Source of the DNA: Amoeboaphelidium protococcarum X5
Lineage: Eukaryota > Fungi > Aphelidiomycota
Length of the DNA stretch: 64,000 nucleotides
NCBI GenBank assembly: GCA_023515725.1
Contig: JALDTO010000146.1
Coordinates: 744,001-808,000 of the forward strand
Direction of reading: 5' to 3'
Within the stretch, counting starts at the first letter, position 1. Each line of letters begins with the position of its first letter. The notes under the pieces are model-generated. The model was not told where the DNA came from. It saw nothing but the letters and a program-made list of their open reading frames with translations, and did no database searches. Position numbers and translations under genes: made by a program. Below are positions 1-11,343 of this stretch, one piece after another.

Positions 1-346
1 CTGAATGAACATCCGATTTAGTGCGCTGAATCAACGTCAAACGCGTCGTTAACCATTAACAGTTACTGTTACTTCTAGCGACTAATACTTAGGACTTCTA
101 CTATCAGTTTGCTTAGTATGTTTAATCTTTTGGTAATAACTGTAAGCGAAATTTAAAGTAAGAAATAACCAAGTAATCGCTATGCTCCAAAATCAGTCAG
201 TGATCATGGTACCTTCATACAGCAAATGATCAGGGGTACACTTACTTCTTATAACGTTAGTCACCCACTTTTCTACTTATATATACATTTAAGATTGCTA
301 TTGAAAAGGCTTAATATTCAGCAGAATTTATATCGCGTCAAATATT

Positions 347-2377
347 ATGACTATTGCAGAGACTGATCAAAATAATAAAGATGCTTCCATTTAAGGCGAT
401 TTGAGCCAAGATGATTGTAATCAAGAGGACATTGTTTATGCTCAGTTCACATTTAATGCGGAAGATGACGATGAGATTACAATTAAAGCGGGCGATCCTG
501 TGGTTGTGATATGCAGAGATGAAGGATATGATGATGGTTGGTGGTAAGGGCGTAATATTGATGGTGAAGTTGGTCTATTCCCATCCAATTTTGTAATGTC
601 TACGCCGCCTCAATTTTCAGTTTCTGTGCGAGATAGTAATGCTAATACCGCCGCTAACGTACCTCCTAGTCCACAATCAATTTCAGCTGAGAGTCCGGAA
701 CTACCTGTAAATTCTGCTTCAGATTCACCCATTGATAATCATTAAATTTAATCTCAAGATGATCCATCTAAATGGTCGGTAGATCAGGTTTGCCAGTGGC
801 TGAAGCGTAAAGGATTTCATCGATTTCAGGACGCGTTCAGAGAGCAAAATATTGATGGAAGTGTGCTACTATCATCGCGTATTGATATGACCGCCCTCAA
901 GTAATTAGGTCTCGGTACTTTGGATAAAAGATTGCGCCTATTAAATTATATCAGTCAACTAAGAAAGAATGCTGCATAATACGCGTCTTTAGATTTGAAT
1001 GGATCGTCTCCGGCCATGTCACTCAACAATTTCAAATCCTCCATGATCACAGAGTCCTCCAATGATATCCGACCACTCAGTTTTGAGTCTTTGAAATCTC
1101 TGGATAAAAGCAGTTAGAGTTCTATGGATCTGTTCAAGCGCTTGTCTAAAGAGAACTCTATGAGTGGTGATGGTTATTAGTCCTCACAGGTTGTTGCGCC
1201 GGTGAAGCCAAAGAAGAAGAAACGGAAGACTGTAAAGCTTTCGGTGGATGTCCGCGGCGATGTTTAAACTTTGGCTGATGTGTTGCGTCTTCCAAGATAG
1301 AGCGATTATATTGCAACACTTGGAACTCCGAAGCTTTCCGGCAATGAGGCGCCATCTCCGCTTGCTTGCCTATCCGCCTCTGTTGACTTTTGTGGATATT
1401 TATGGAAGCGAGGTGGTCGGAATCATTGGTCGTGGAAGAGACGATACTTTGTGATTAAAGATATGATTTTATGGTACTTTAAATGCGATAATGGAGATTC
1501 AAAGGCGCTCGGTCTGATCCCACTTCCTTCTTATGTCATTGTTCCGTCTAAAGACAATGATATCACAAGACGGAATTATACATTTGAGGCAAGACATCCA
1601 GATGCGAGAACATACTATTTCAAGGCTAACAGTTTGGTGGAGATGTAATCCTGGATGAACGCGTTAACTTAATCAGCGCTTGGTATTGAATTGAACTCTT
1701 AGCAATAAATAGTATAAAATCCAATTGTTAATCATTAAGATGATAGTAAAAGCTAATATTCTGACATCAAGCATAATACATCCTTGTTGGGCAATAATTA
1801 GATTGAGTAAGATATGGTGAATGAGAATGTTCCGACTGATTAAGAATTGGTTCGAGATTAATCAAGTGACCAAGACCATAAGTAGAATATTCTGAACAAA
1901 ATAAAGCGGATGGGGATTAATCCGTTGGAGCGACTGCCGCTCAAGTTGGATCAGCTATTACAAGAGAAAGCTGGTGAGCAGACCAATGTTGAAAAACCTG
2001 AACTACAATCCTTTTCTGATGAAGATCATGTGAATTGTATAAACAGCATCTGTAATGTGCAGATCACCTCTCTGGACGACCTCTCTGACTTTTACATCAT
2101 TGTTAAGTATCTGATATCATTGCTGCAACGTTCATAGTCACATCCAGTCACTGAAGTGAGTGCCAGCTGGTATTTGCGTAAATGTATCAAGGAGCCTTTG
2201 ACTAGAATGGATTGTTTAGAGAATGCAAATCTGCTGTGGAATATTCTTCAAGGTGCGGATTGTCAGCATGTTATCGCCGAACTCCATGATTAGAATACTA
2301 CGCCAAAAAGGTTGGTCGATGGTGACAGTTCATAGCTGAAGACACTGTTAGATATTCTAAGAAGTTATATCGTTTGA
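347..2377 (+). CDS. Boi1/Boi2/Pob1-like polarity scaffold (SH3-SAM-PH) with an extra C-terminal CH-like domain, ~676 aa
   Basis: One frame from ATG347 to TGA2375 with TAR=Gln. SH3 (YAQFTFNAEDDDEITIKAGD...DDGWW[TAA]GRN...GLFPSNFV), SAM (DPSKWSVDQVCQWL...FREQNIDGSVLL), PH (CGYLWKRGGRNHWSWKRRYFVIKD). Track ORFs 1451 and 1910 lie in this frame. Confidence 0.85.
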
Positions 2378-2501
2378 TCAAATTTGTAAACGTATTGAAT
2401 TGTTAAAAGTTTGCATGCCTTCGATCTTACACTATAGATTCGTTCATTCGTTCGTTCACTCATTCATTCATAGTAACTAACAAATATCGTCTTCATCGAG
2501 G

Positions 2502-5500
2502 TCATTCAACATTGGACGTGACAATAGCAGCCGCAATATTCTATTCCTGTCCATCACCAACCATCGCAGAATCTCCATCCACACCTCCTACGCGTGACAT
2601 CCTCTTTCTTCCACCAGGGAGAGGTGGCTTACTAGATGATGGCCTCGAAGGTGGTAAAGCTGGCAGTGCAGGCGTTGCTTTTGGCTCCGTGGATAACTAC
2701 TTATCAGCTGGTTGCGATGCTGAGGAGGTCACATACAACGTATCTGCCAATCTATCACTAGCCACCGGCATACTTGTATCAGCAGCAACAGGTGTCTATT
2801 GCATGACAACACTCTCTGGCCTTCTCGGTCTTGCAGGAGGCATTGGCTTTGATTATAACGGCACAGCAGCGGCGTTTTAAACTGTTGCCGCATTCTAGCT
2901 ATCTGCCGGTGTAGGGGAAACCGGCTAGCTATTAGGCTATAGTTACTATACTGAGTTTCCATCATTATCTCCATCTGATGATGTGCTAGTCTTGGTGCGA
3001 AGTCGCATATTGGAACGCCTATTTAGAATATTAAATATACCAGACGGCTTTTCACCAGGCGAATGAGGCTAATGCGGTTCACCAGCAGGTCGCGGTGGCG
3101 GCTAAGGTGTCAAATTACCCGATGCGGCAGAATCTTATTTACCATCCAGAGCTCTATCAATAGCTTACCTAGTCTAATCATCTACTTTGCCAGCACTGGA
3201 CAATCTAGATTTAGACAATGAACGAGTCAAGCTGGTCAGGAATGACTTTTTACCGCTCTTCTTAGACTCGGTGGTCATCACACTCGCCAGACTGGAAACA
3301 CTGGTATTCGCCGGAATATTACCAACACCTGTTAGATTTCTGGATGAAGCATTGAATTTACCAATAGACAATATCTTAGCCTTGATCGTGCCACCCCACT
3401 TCTTCTTGTCATTATCCCCACCTGATCCATCTCCATTAGCGATACTGCTCAGACTCATTTTGGATCCCATTGCGTTCTTGTCTTGCATCTACGACTAGTT
3501 CATACTAGCCACGGAATTCGAACGATTTCTGGAAAACCAACCAGCCATATTTGCCATGCTACCCTTTGCACCTTATATTTATCCAAGAGGAGTAGGCTCC
3601 GTTGCACCTCCATCCGGCTGAGCCAAACTAAGTGTGCTCTTATTGCCATCGTCCGCTCCTCCCCCTCCCCCAAATATACTTGCTCGACGTCCTCCGTCTT
3701 TAGAGGAAATAGATTCACGTCTTTTGCCATTCTGACTGACACGTCTAAATAAAGCTTTACTAGCAGTGGATGAAGCATCTGCAGCGGCTTGCATCAGATT
3801 AGACATTTTGTTCAGAGCACTTTGACTCGCCATCATCGCTGAAGCTCCTTTAGTCAGAACTAAGCTCTCTGTGGTGTAAACATCGATAAACTTTGCGTCA
3901 ACTGCGGCCTGAGAATTCTGCATCTACTGCTCCTGATTGTCAGAATTGCTAGACATTACAGATGGAGCAATACTTTGATTGTCATTATTACTCAGCGAGG
4001 TGTTTTTGCGTCGATTGCCGACATCAGAGCCATTCGCAGCCGCAGAACTACTTCTTGTACGAGCACTCTCAGGTCCTTCTGCAGGAGTAGCCAAATCGTG
4101 GTTACTGTCTAAAGTCTCTAGATAGTTCACCTTACTCACACCTAACACTTTCTCCAAGTCCAGCATCCAGCCTCTCTTCTCCTTTGAGGATTTAGCGCCC
4201 AGATCTACACTGCGGAACACGGGTGCCGCTTTATCATTGCTACTAGGCTATTCCCAAGTGATACGCCACGAATTCTTCAAAGCAGCACGTCCAAAACTAT
4301 TCGGCTCGATGACATCGGAACTAAGCTCTTGAATACTCACAACATTCTTCACAGGGATTATATGCTATAGCAGATAACTTCCACTTTTCTTGGCACTCAA
4401 CAGCAGCAATACGTCCTAGAATAGAAAAGTGCCCAGATATGGAGTGTCTGTAATAAATGAAGGATTCACCATAGACGCTGTGATGGTGAATGGCATATCA
4501 TGCTACCCGTGGTCGGCCACGTAGATACCAGACCCACGCAGAAGATTCCCAATCTTATTAAAGAAATCCTAAGCCTGAGGATGTAGGTGCACATACTTGA
4601 GCTCATCCACAACGGACAACTCAAACAGCTCCAATAGGGCCTTAATGGTGACATAAGGACTAGACTAAACACGACTGAACAGTAGCTCCTTCTTCGTATC
4701 ATTCTCAGCCCTCTTCTTCTTTTCATTAATGGTGGCAACAAGAGCCTTGATCTACTGCAAAGTCTAGGATAGCTCTTCAAACTCGGGCGTCCCCTTAGGA
4801 GTGGCCTTTAGCAACTCATTAAATAGCAGCGGGTACTTGCATATTCTCTGAACCGGTTTGATAAGAAAATCTTGAATCTCCAACTTGCTGTTCATCTTCT
4901 ATTTGCAATCTTCATGAAATGACTGGTAAGAGTTTGGATGGGTGCGTCTTATGATAGCCAGCGTGTTCAATGCCTTGTCATGAAGGGAACAGAATGGTAC
5001 ATATACAGACTCAAGCTTCTACATCATGGTGAGGAAACATTTCGCTATAGAGCTAATTGATGGATTATCACAGACTGGCTAATCAGCAGCAGAAGAAGAA
5101 GAGGGTGTCAGTGGTGTCAACTGTCCCCAGGGAGTACGTACGGCATCCTCCAAGATTTTAAGCACCAGTTTCTGCACGCGTAACAGATTCGCCGCGTTTC
5201 TCACAATTGCCTGTTTCTGATCAAAAGTGATCCAGCCACCGCCACGCTCATTTCCAAACTGGGTGTTCTAGACAATGTCTGCCGCAGTACTTGCCTCTGT
5301 CCTCTGTGCCTGGGATGCAACTCCTGCTAGATAAGCTCCGTTCAGGGGATCAAGGAAATTTCGAACCAAGTTGTTCAAATCATTCACGTATCCTCTCTCG
5401 GTCTCAAACAGCTCCTACGTGACCAGAAATCTCTTCATTCTCTTTCGCTCCTGCTCCTCTGGTGATAATTGCTACTCTGACGATATGGCTAGATTCTCAA

Positions 5501-5675
5501 CTTCAATCTCTAGTGCAGCTTTGATATCACTCGCTCCATCATCTATTTTTATGCTATCTGAGCCATCAATGCGAGCGGAAGCCAGGATATCAGGATTACT
5601 GATAACCAAAGACTGGCTGATATTTTTTGCCTATTATTGCAAAAGATTCTCTTCTCCTTACAATGTGCTACTCAT
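2502..5675 (-). CDS. Rho guanine nucleotide exchange factor (DH-PH) with long low-complexity C-terminus, ~1057 aa
   Basis: DH motifs RFLVT[TAG]ELFETERGYVNDL and FLIKPVQRICKYPLLFNELLKATP. Track ORFs 3174-4220 are in the same frame. Ends at TGA 2502. Confidence 0.88.
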
Positions 5676-6194
5676 AAATCCTTTTTGTATTATCTGAAAT
5701 TGTAGATGTACACTTTGCGTTCAAGTATAAGCTTAACAAAAACTGCGATAAGTTTATAAATAAATTAGTGAGTTCATAGAATGTCTATAATTATGACCAG
5801 ATTTTTAGTCTGCATTGTTTCATGGCAACAAACTTGATGCGCGAATCATCACTGATCAGGATCGACTCTGAGTGAGCTTGTTGAATGAAGTAGGATCTTT
5901 TTATATTTACTTACTGAGTTTAAAGCATAATATTCCGAGTAAGAGAGTCTGTAATAAAGAATGTTATAAGAATTAAAGTGTATCTAATCGACATATTTAC
6001 ACCTTGTTCGCCTGTTCCAATGTAGGCAGACAGGTGAATCTACGTGTTCATTCTTTATGAAAGTCCTGTAGTTTCAACGCGTAAAAAATCAATTTGGCGG
6101 CATTTAGGAGAACCGGCGAGAGTACGTGATGTAAACAAAATCAACTGCCAAATCTCAGTAAAAATATATTTATTCAAAAGTCAGCAAAGTTTGA

Positions 6195-7187
6195 TCAAAC
6201 TTAAACTTGACTAAGCAAAATTTCCTATTTCTCGGAATATTTAGATCTCTTCAACGTTCTTTGAGGCAGCGATGTCAAACCAAACATGTTCCATATTGGA
6301 TTAAAGCACCCGTTAATCCAGCATACTCTCCAAACACAAGGATTTAACAACAACACGGTGATGACAACCATAAATATATATATAAAACCGTAGAAGCTGT
6401 AGAGCAACCAGTATAGCCATTAATACTCTACTTATACGAACGCGAAAAGAGTAGATGCAGATTGGGGAGCCTTCAGCACAATAGAGACATACTGGCTTTC
6501 ACCGCGGTCAATAACGCAGATATTTTGCTCGCATTTGACGCCATTCATTATGCTGTACGATGGGAGCGTGAAGTTTACTGTAGCATCAAACATAAGCTCA
6601 GAGTAATCATCCAGATCCACATATGCCTAAATTTGTCTTTAAATATACTCCGGGTACGGATTCAATGGATTTAGCAAATTAGGGTACGGATCACTAGGAT
6701 CGCATTCCTAAGTTTTAAAATCGACATTGTACTACTAAGTACCGGTTTAGTTCAGATTGCATCGCAGCTGGTGATAATATAAGCCCAAATCAACAAAGTC
6801 TTTTCCAGAAGGTGATTTGCCGCTACAAGCGAGTTCCACTTAAGCTGTAGAGTCACAAACATGGACCATTTGACTAAACCATTAAAATCTTTAAGCACTA
6901 AAGCCGGAGAACTAAAACTTCTTATAATATGAAGTGTCATTGTTCCTAGAGACCTGTACTGGTAAATCAAGCCCATAGTACATATCGACACCCTAAGGGA
7001 GAGTGACTCGTACTCTTTGCCACCCATCCATTGCAAATTTCCAATGTGAAGTCAAATTAGAGCCAACCTCGAGATAGTACGCGCCCATTCTGCCATACTC
7101 TAAATAAATTCTAAACGTAGAATACATTACGGCAATAATGAGCAGATACACGGCAATAAAGAAGTAGATAGGACGAGCTTTAAACAT
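6195..7187 (-). CDS. Uncharacterised membrane protein with N- and C-terminal hydrophobic segments, ~330 aa
   Basis: Track ORFs 6993-7187, 6432-6620 and 6225-6407 join in one TGA-free frame. TM-like segments IYFFIAVYLLIIAVMY and LYSFYGFIYIFMVVITVLLL. Confidence 0.75.
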
Positions 7188-7453
7188 CTTACGCGGCAGT
7201 TATTAGATTAGTACGTGTGATCAAGAGAAGGAGACGGTTTTCAACACAGCCCATTTCGTTTCGTACTCACTCGTAAAAAACATTACGTTAAAGCACGTGT
7301 TTGCTACTCAAACTTATCATTAATCGGCATCGATCAAAGGACGATTGCTCAGGTGGTATTAATGTGTGAGCACCAAAAGTATTCGAAATACAAATATAAA
7401 AACATGAAATTTATTATAATAATACAAGACAACATCAATTCAATTAGTTAGAT

Positions 7454-9148
7454 TCAGAGCCACCAACTGAGTAAACGAGACCGATAACTTGGCAATTGAG
7501 TTCGACTATGAATGGCGTTAGAAGGTCGACGCTGGTGATTCGACGTTTAAATAGAATTATAATGACTTTGTACCGAAGTCAGTTGGCCATTAGTATAATT
7601 CAACCGTTCGCCATTTTGAATAGAGCGTAGAACTTGATTCCATACTTCATCCGCGGGAGTAGAGGTGTTTCCAGACACTTGACCAGCTTCACCCCGGCTC
7701 GAGTGATCATTTGTACATACTACTTTCTACTCGTCCAATGTACTAATAGTAGAGTGCATCTTGAATACGCGGCTTAAAATAAATGTCATCTCTTACGCGT
7801 GTCTACCTTAATGGAGAGCATCAGAGAGTTGGCAGATACTTTTGAACAGAGTGTGCAGCATTTGGAAATGAGATACAACAGAGACTGATATCAAGTTGTC
7901 TTATGCAGAGCTAGCCTGCAGAGATGTGCTTCTCTGTTAGAGACAGGGAGCATAACCATCCAGAGTAGAAGTTTCAGAGAGCATTGCCAGACACGACATT
8001 GAATTACGACACTAATCATCATCAGTTTTCGAATGTGAGTCGCGCACAAAGTCACGGTTTATGAGCATTTAACGCAGTTGATATATTTCATCATTATTCA
8101 TCATAGTCAGAGAGGATCTTATAAACTTCAATTATTACAAATCATCTCTAAACCATATGACATTACAGCGAATGTTTTCAGATATCAGAAATTCAGGAGA
8201 TGAGAGTAAAGTTTATACCAACATAAGACGAGGTAAAGCGAATATTAATAATGGATCCTGCTCATTCACATCTTCCTAAAGCACCAACTGTTCACGTAAG
8301 CAATATTCCAACGTTTCAGACATCAATAAAGTAAGTAAATCCGCCTGAGATATCTCACCGAGATTCCTAGTCATGACAGTAGCTTGAAGAGAATTTATAT
8401 GCATTTCATTACTCGTTTGATCCGGTCTATTCTGGATGAGAGAGAAATAACAGTAACAGATTCTTTATTCAAATGTAGCCCAGCACGAGTCAAAGTCTCC
8501 AATAACTTGACCCAAATTAGCCAAAATGTTTTCAGTAGTCAGTTCCATTGATGTAAATGATCTCAAAACAAATCTCAATGCCTCGAATGCAGCGCATAAG
8601 TATTGCGCTGATTGTTTCAACGTGTCAGTGAACATTTCAATATCTCGAATTCGAAATCCACCATTAAGTGCCTGGGCGGCAAATAAAATATTTTCTGAAA
8701 ATCCAGATGACAATTCCATTTAATCTTCATAAGGTAAAAGGTTTCTGTATGAGCGGGAGGATTTTACTGTGGACGGAGTCGACTCATAGATCAAATCAAA
8801 GGCAGCCAGCAGATGTTTTTGTAGACGATGAACTCTCTCCGTGAGCTTTTTGTAAATTCCAGAATTCACATTTCTTTACTAATGTAGTTCTTGTACACAG
8901 CGAACCAGAGCATCATCTACATTATACCACACAGAATGTTAAGTAATGTCACAATACTATATGAATATTAATTGATTGTACATACCAAAAATGCAAAACT
9001 TTTGTATGGTATTCACATCATCCAAGTTGCTGATTACGATGCTGGGGCTAATCTTCAAATACTTGAAAATAGCCGCAAAATTTGTACGAGGAGCCTGCAT
9101 GTCTCGATTTAACTAGAGATTCGACCACGATTATATTGAGATTCTCAT
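7454..9148 (-). CDS. LST2/ZFYVE28 (lateral signalling target 2)-like protein lacking a FYVE domain; probable intron 8917-8985
   Basis: Segments QKFCIFDDALVRCVQEL, ENILFAAQALNGG, FDSCWATFE, LMSETLEYCLREQLVLQEDVNEQDPLLIFALPRL and LHTLFKSICQLSDALH resemble recalled ZFYVE28 blocks (FYYADEEL, LWFGAECLAAG, FDVLFAEFE, FCETVERAL..EPALMFSIPRL, LHRLFVCISGVADQL). Confidence 0.75.
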
Positions 9149-9396
9149 ATAGTATTACTTTCAGTACTCGATTTTCTTGTTCTTTGTGCTTTTGTTTTCA
9201 ATGCCAAATGTAAAAGATGAAACGAGTGAGAAAAATCTGTCGAAACAAGTCGCGTTAACGGGTGAAACGAGAAACATTTTTAGTCAAGAGCTCGACCAAG
9301 ACGAAATGGATGATAGTCGCAATCATCATTATCATGTTTACTCATCTCTGCCGCGCGTTCACTAGCACACATATATATATATATAGTACTCAGCCT

Positions 9397-11154
9397 TCAA
9401 ATAGCTGGTCTATAGCTACCGTGTCTTAGCTCACTATCTTGGTTGAAAGTGAATCCTTGAAACTGGGCAGGATCAATGCCATTGCCACCGCTCCCAGACA
9501 GTACAGAGCCATCAACGTTAGGAGTCTTGCCAGTCTTCAATGTAACATCCTGATCAGTGAAGGCAGGATCAAAGTTGCTCACATCGTGCTCCGAGTCAAC
9601 TTGAGGCTTGAAAGGAGGAGCCATCTACTTCTTGTACAAGTTATCCCAGTTTATGTTCTTGAAGAAGGGATGCTTCTTGATCTCCTCACCATCTGTTGGT
9701 CCGCTGCCGAGACGCGTCTTTGGATCGCGATCAAGTAGTGCGGTGATCAGACTCTTGGCCAAAGGACTAAAGTTGTCCGGAAACACCAGGTCACTGTACA
9801 GAATCTTTCTATACATCGCATGATGATTATCAGCGTAGAAAGGAGGTACACCGTGCATCATTTCATACAGCAGAATACCTAGTGACCACCAATCAACAGC
9901 GCGACCGTAGCCTTGACCAAGCAGAATTTCCGGTGCTAAATACTCAGCAGTGCCACAGAAAGTTTTAGTCAGCGAGTCCGTTGTCATGTTCTCCTTACAT
10001 AGACCAAAGTCAGTTAGAGCAACATGGCCGTTGTAATCCAACAGAATGTTCTCTGGTTTCAAGTCACGGTAGATAACATTCTGCTTGTGCAGATGGTCCA
10101 ACGAAAGCAAAATCTCGGCACCGTAAAATTGAGCTCTCTCTTCATCAAAGCGACCGGACTATTGCAAGTGATAGAACAACTCACCACCATTCATAAAATC
10201 CAGCACCAGATAAAGCTTGTCCTGAGTTTAAAATGCAAACTTGAGACCAACTAAAAACGGATGATTGGTCAACTTCAATATGTGCCGTTCACTCATGGTG
10301 TGCTCAACTTCCTATCTCTCGATAATATCCTTCTTGTAGAGCACTTTCATAGCATAAATACGATTAGTATCGCGTTTACGCACCTAAAGGACTTTACCAA
10401 AGCTACCTTTGCCTAACACCTTTAACAGTTCAAAATCATCCGGAGTTAAAGCCTTCTACTCTCCGGCTTTGAACACCAGTTGAATGTGTAAATCACCAAA
10501 CACCTTCTCTTTCCACTATCGCGGCAATAATCTGAACCAGTTATCAGTAACTTTGTTGTCCATGCGCGGTGGTCTGATCTTGACATAACCCAGAAATTGA
10601 TCATTAGACTTTTGGCCCTTCTAACCAGGTTATCCAGTGTGAGGCATTTTGTCGTAAATGGTCAAGATAACCTCCCCATCCGGCCTTGTCACGTCAAATA
10701 CTGCTTCGTGTTTCCACAAAGGAGCCACCTTGATACCAGTAGAAGTTTTCTGATTATCATGATTTGGCGTGCGTCCTTGATGTGCCTTGTGAGACTCAGT
10801 GTTATCAATCTCTGCGTTCAGCGACGTCGCCTCCTTCGTAATAAACTCATTGCCTTCAAATGAAACAACACAATATGGACGCGGTGCAGCTCTCTTCACA
10901 GCTAGATTTCTACACAATCAAATATGATATTAGAGTTTTAGTCTAATAAATTTATATACTTACTTTGCTTCTACAATTCTAATGACTGCAGTCATAAAAA
11001 AGATACATATACACGATGGTAATAAAGTTCATGGGCTGTTGAGATAAGATGACTTACATAAACGGCCTTTCGCTTGATTAGGAGCGTTTCTCACTGATGC
11101 GTTCAGCGATGCCTTTCCACCTGCCGATGGTTGATTTTCTGGAATTGAGTCCAT
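9397..11154 (-). CDS. SCH9: Sch9/Ypk-type AGC kinase with N-terminal C2 domain; introns 10986-11057 and 10910-10963
   Basis: GKGSFGKV, YRDLKPEN, DFGLCK, TFCGTAEYLAPE and hydrophobic motif FQGFTF. The C2 domain is restored by splicing (GRLFIRIVEAKNL...RPYCVVSFEGNEF...PLWKHEAVFDV). Both introns are GTAAGT...AG. Sch9 versus Ypk assignment is tentative. Confidence 0.88.
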
Positions 11155-11343
11155 ACTTGAAAGAGTATTCTATTTTTCAAGAGTGTGCAAGCTTATGGGA
11201 AGAAAAAGATTTTATATGAGGTGAATCAACCCAAAGGCTATAATTAAGCACGTACACCTGACTTGAAAGCGAAGGTTTCGAGTTAAAAATAGCACATTTC
11301 CATCACATTCTTCTCTTGAACTACAACAAAATCATTATTATTA

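Noticed and set aside
1-346. Possible gene end or RNA gene at the window start
   Set aside because: No recognisable ORF, tRNA or rRNA signature. Treated as the upstream region of the first gene.
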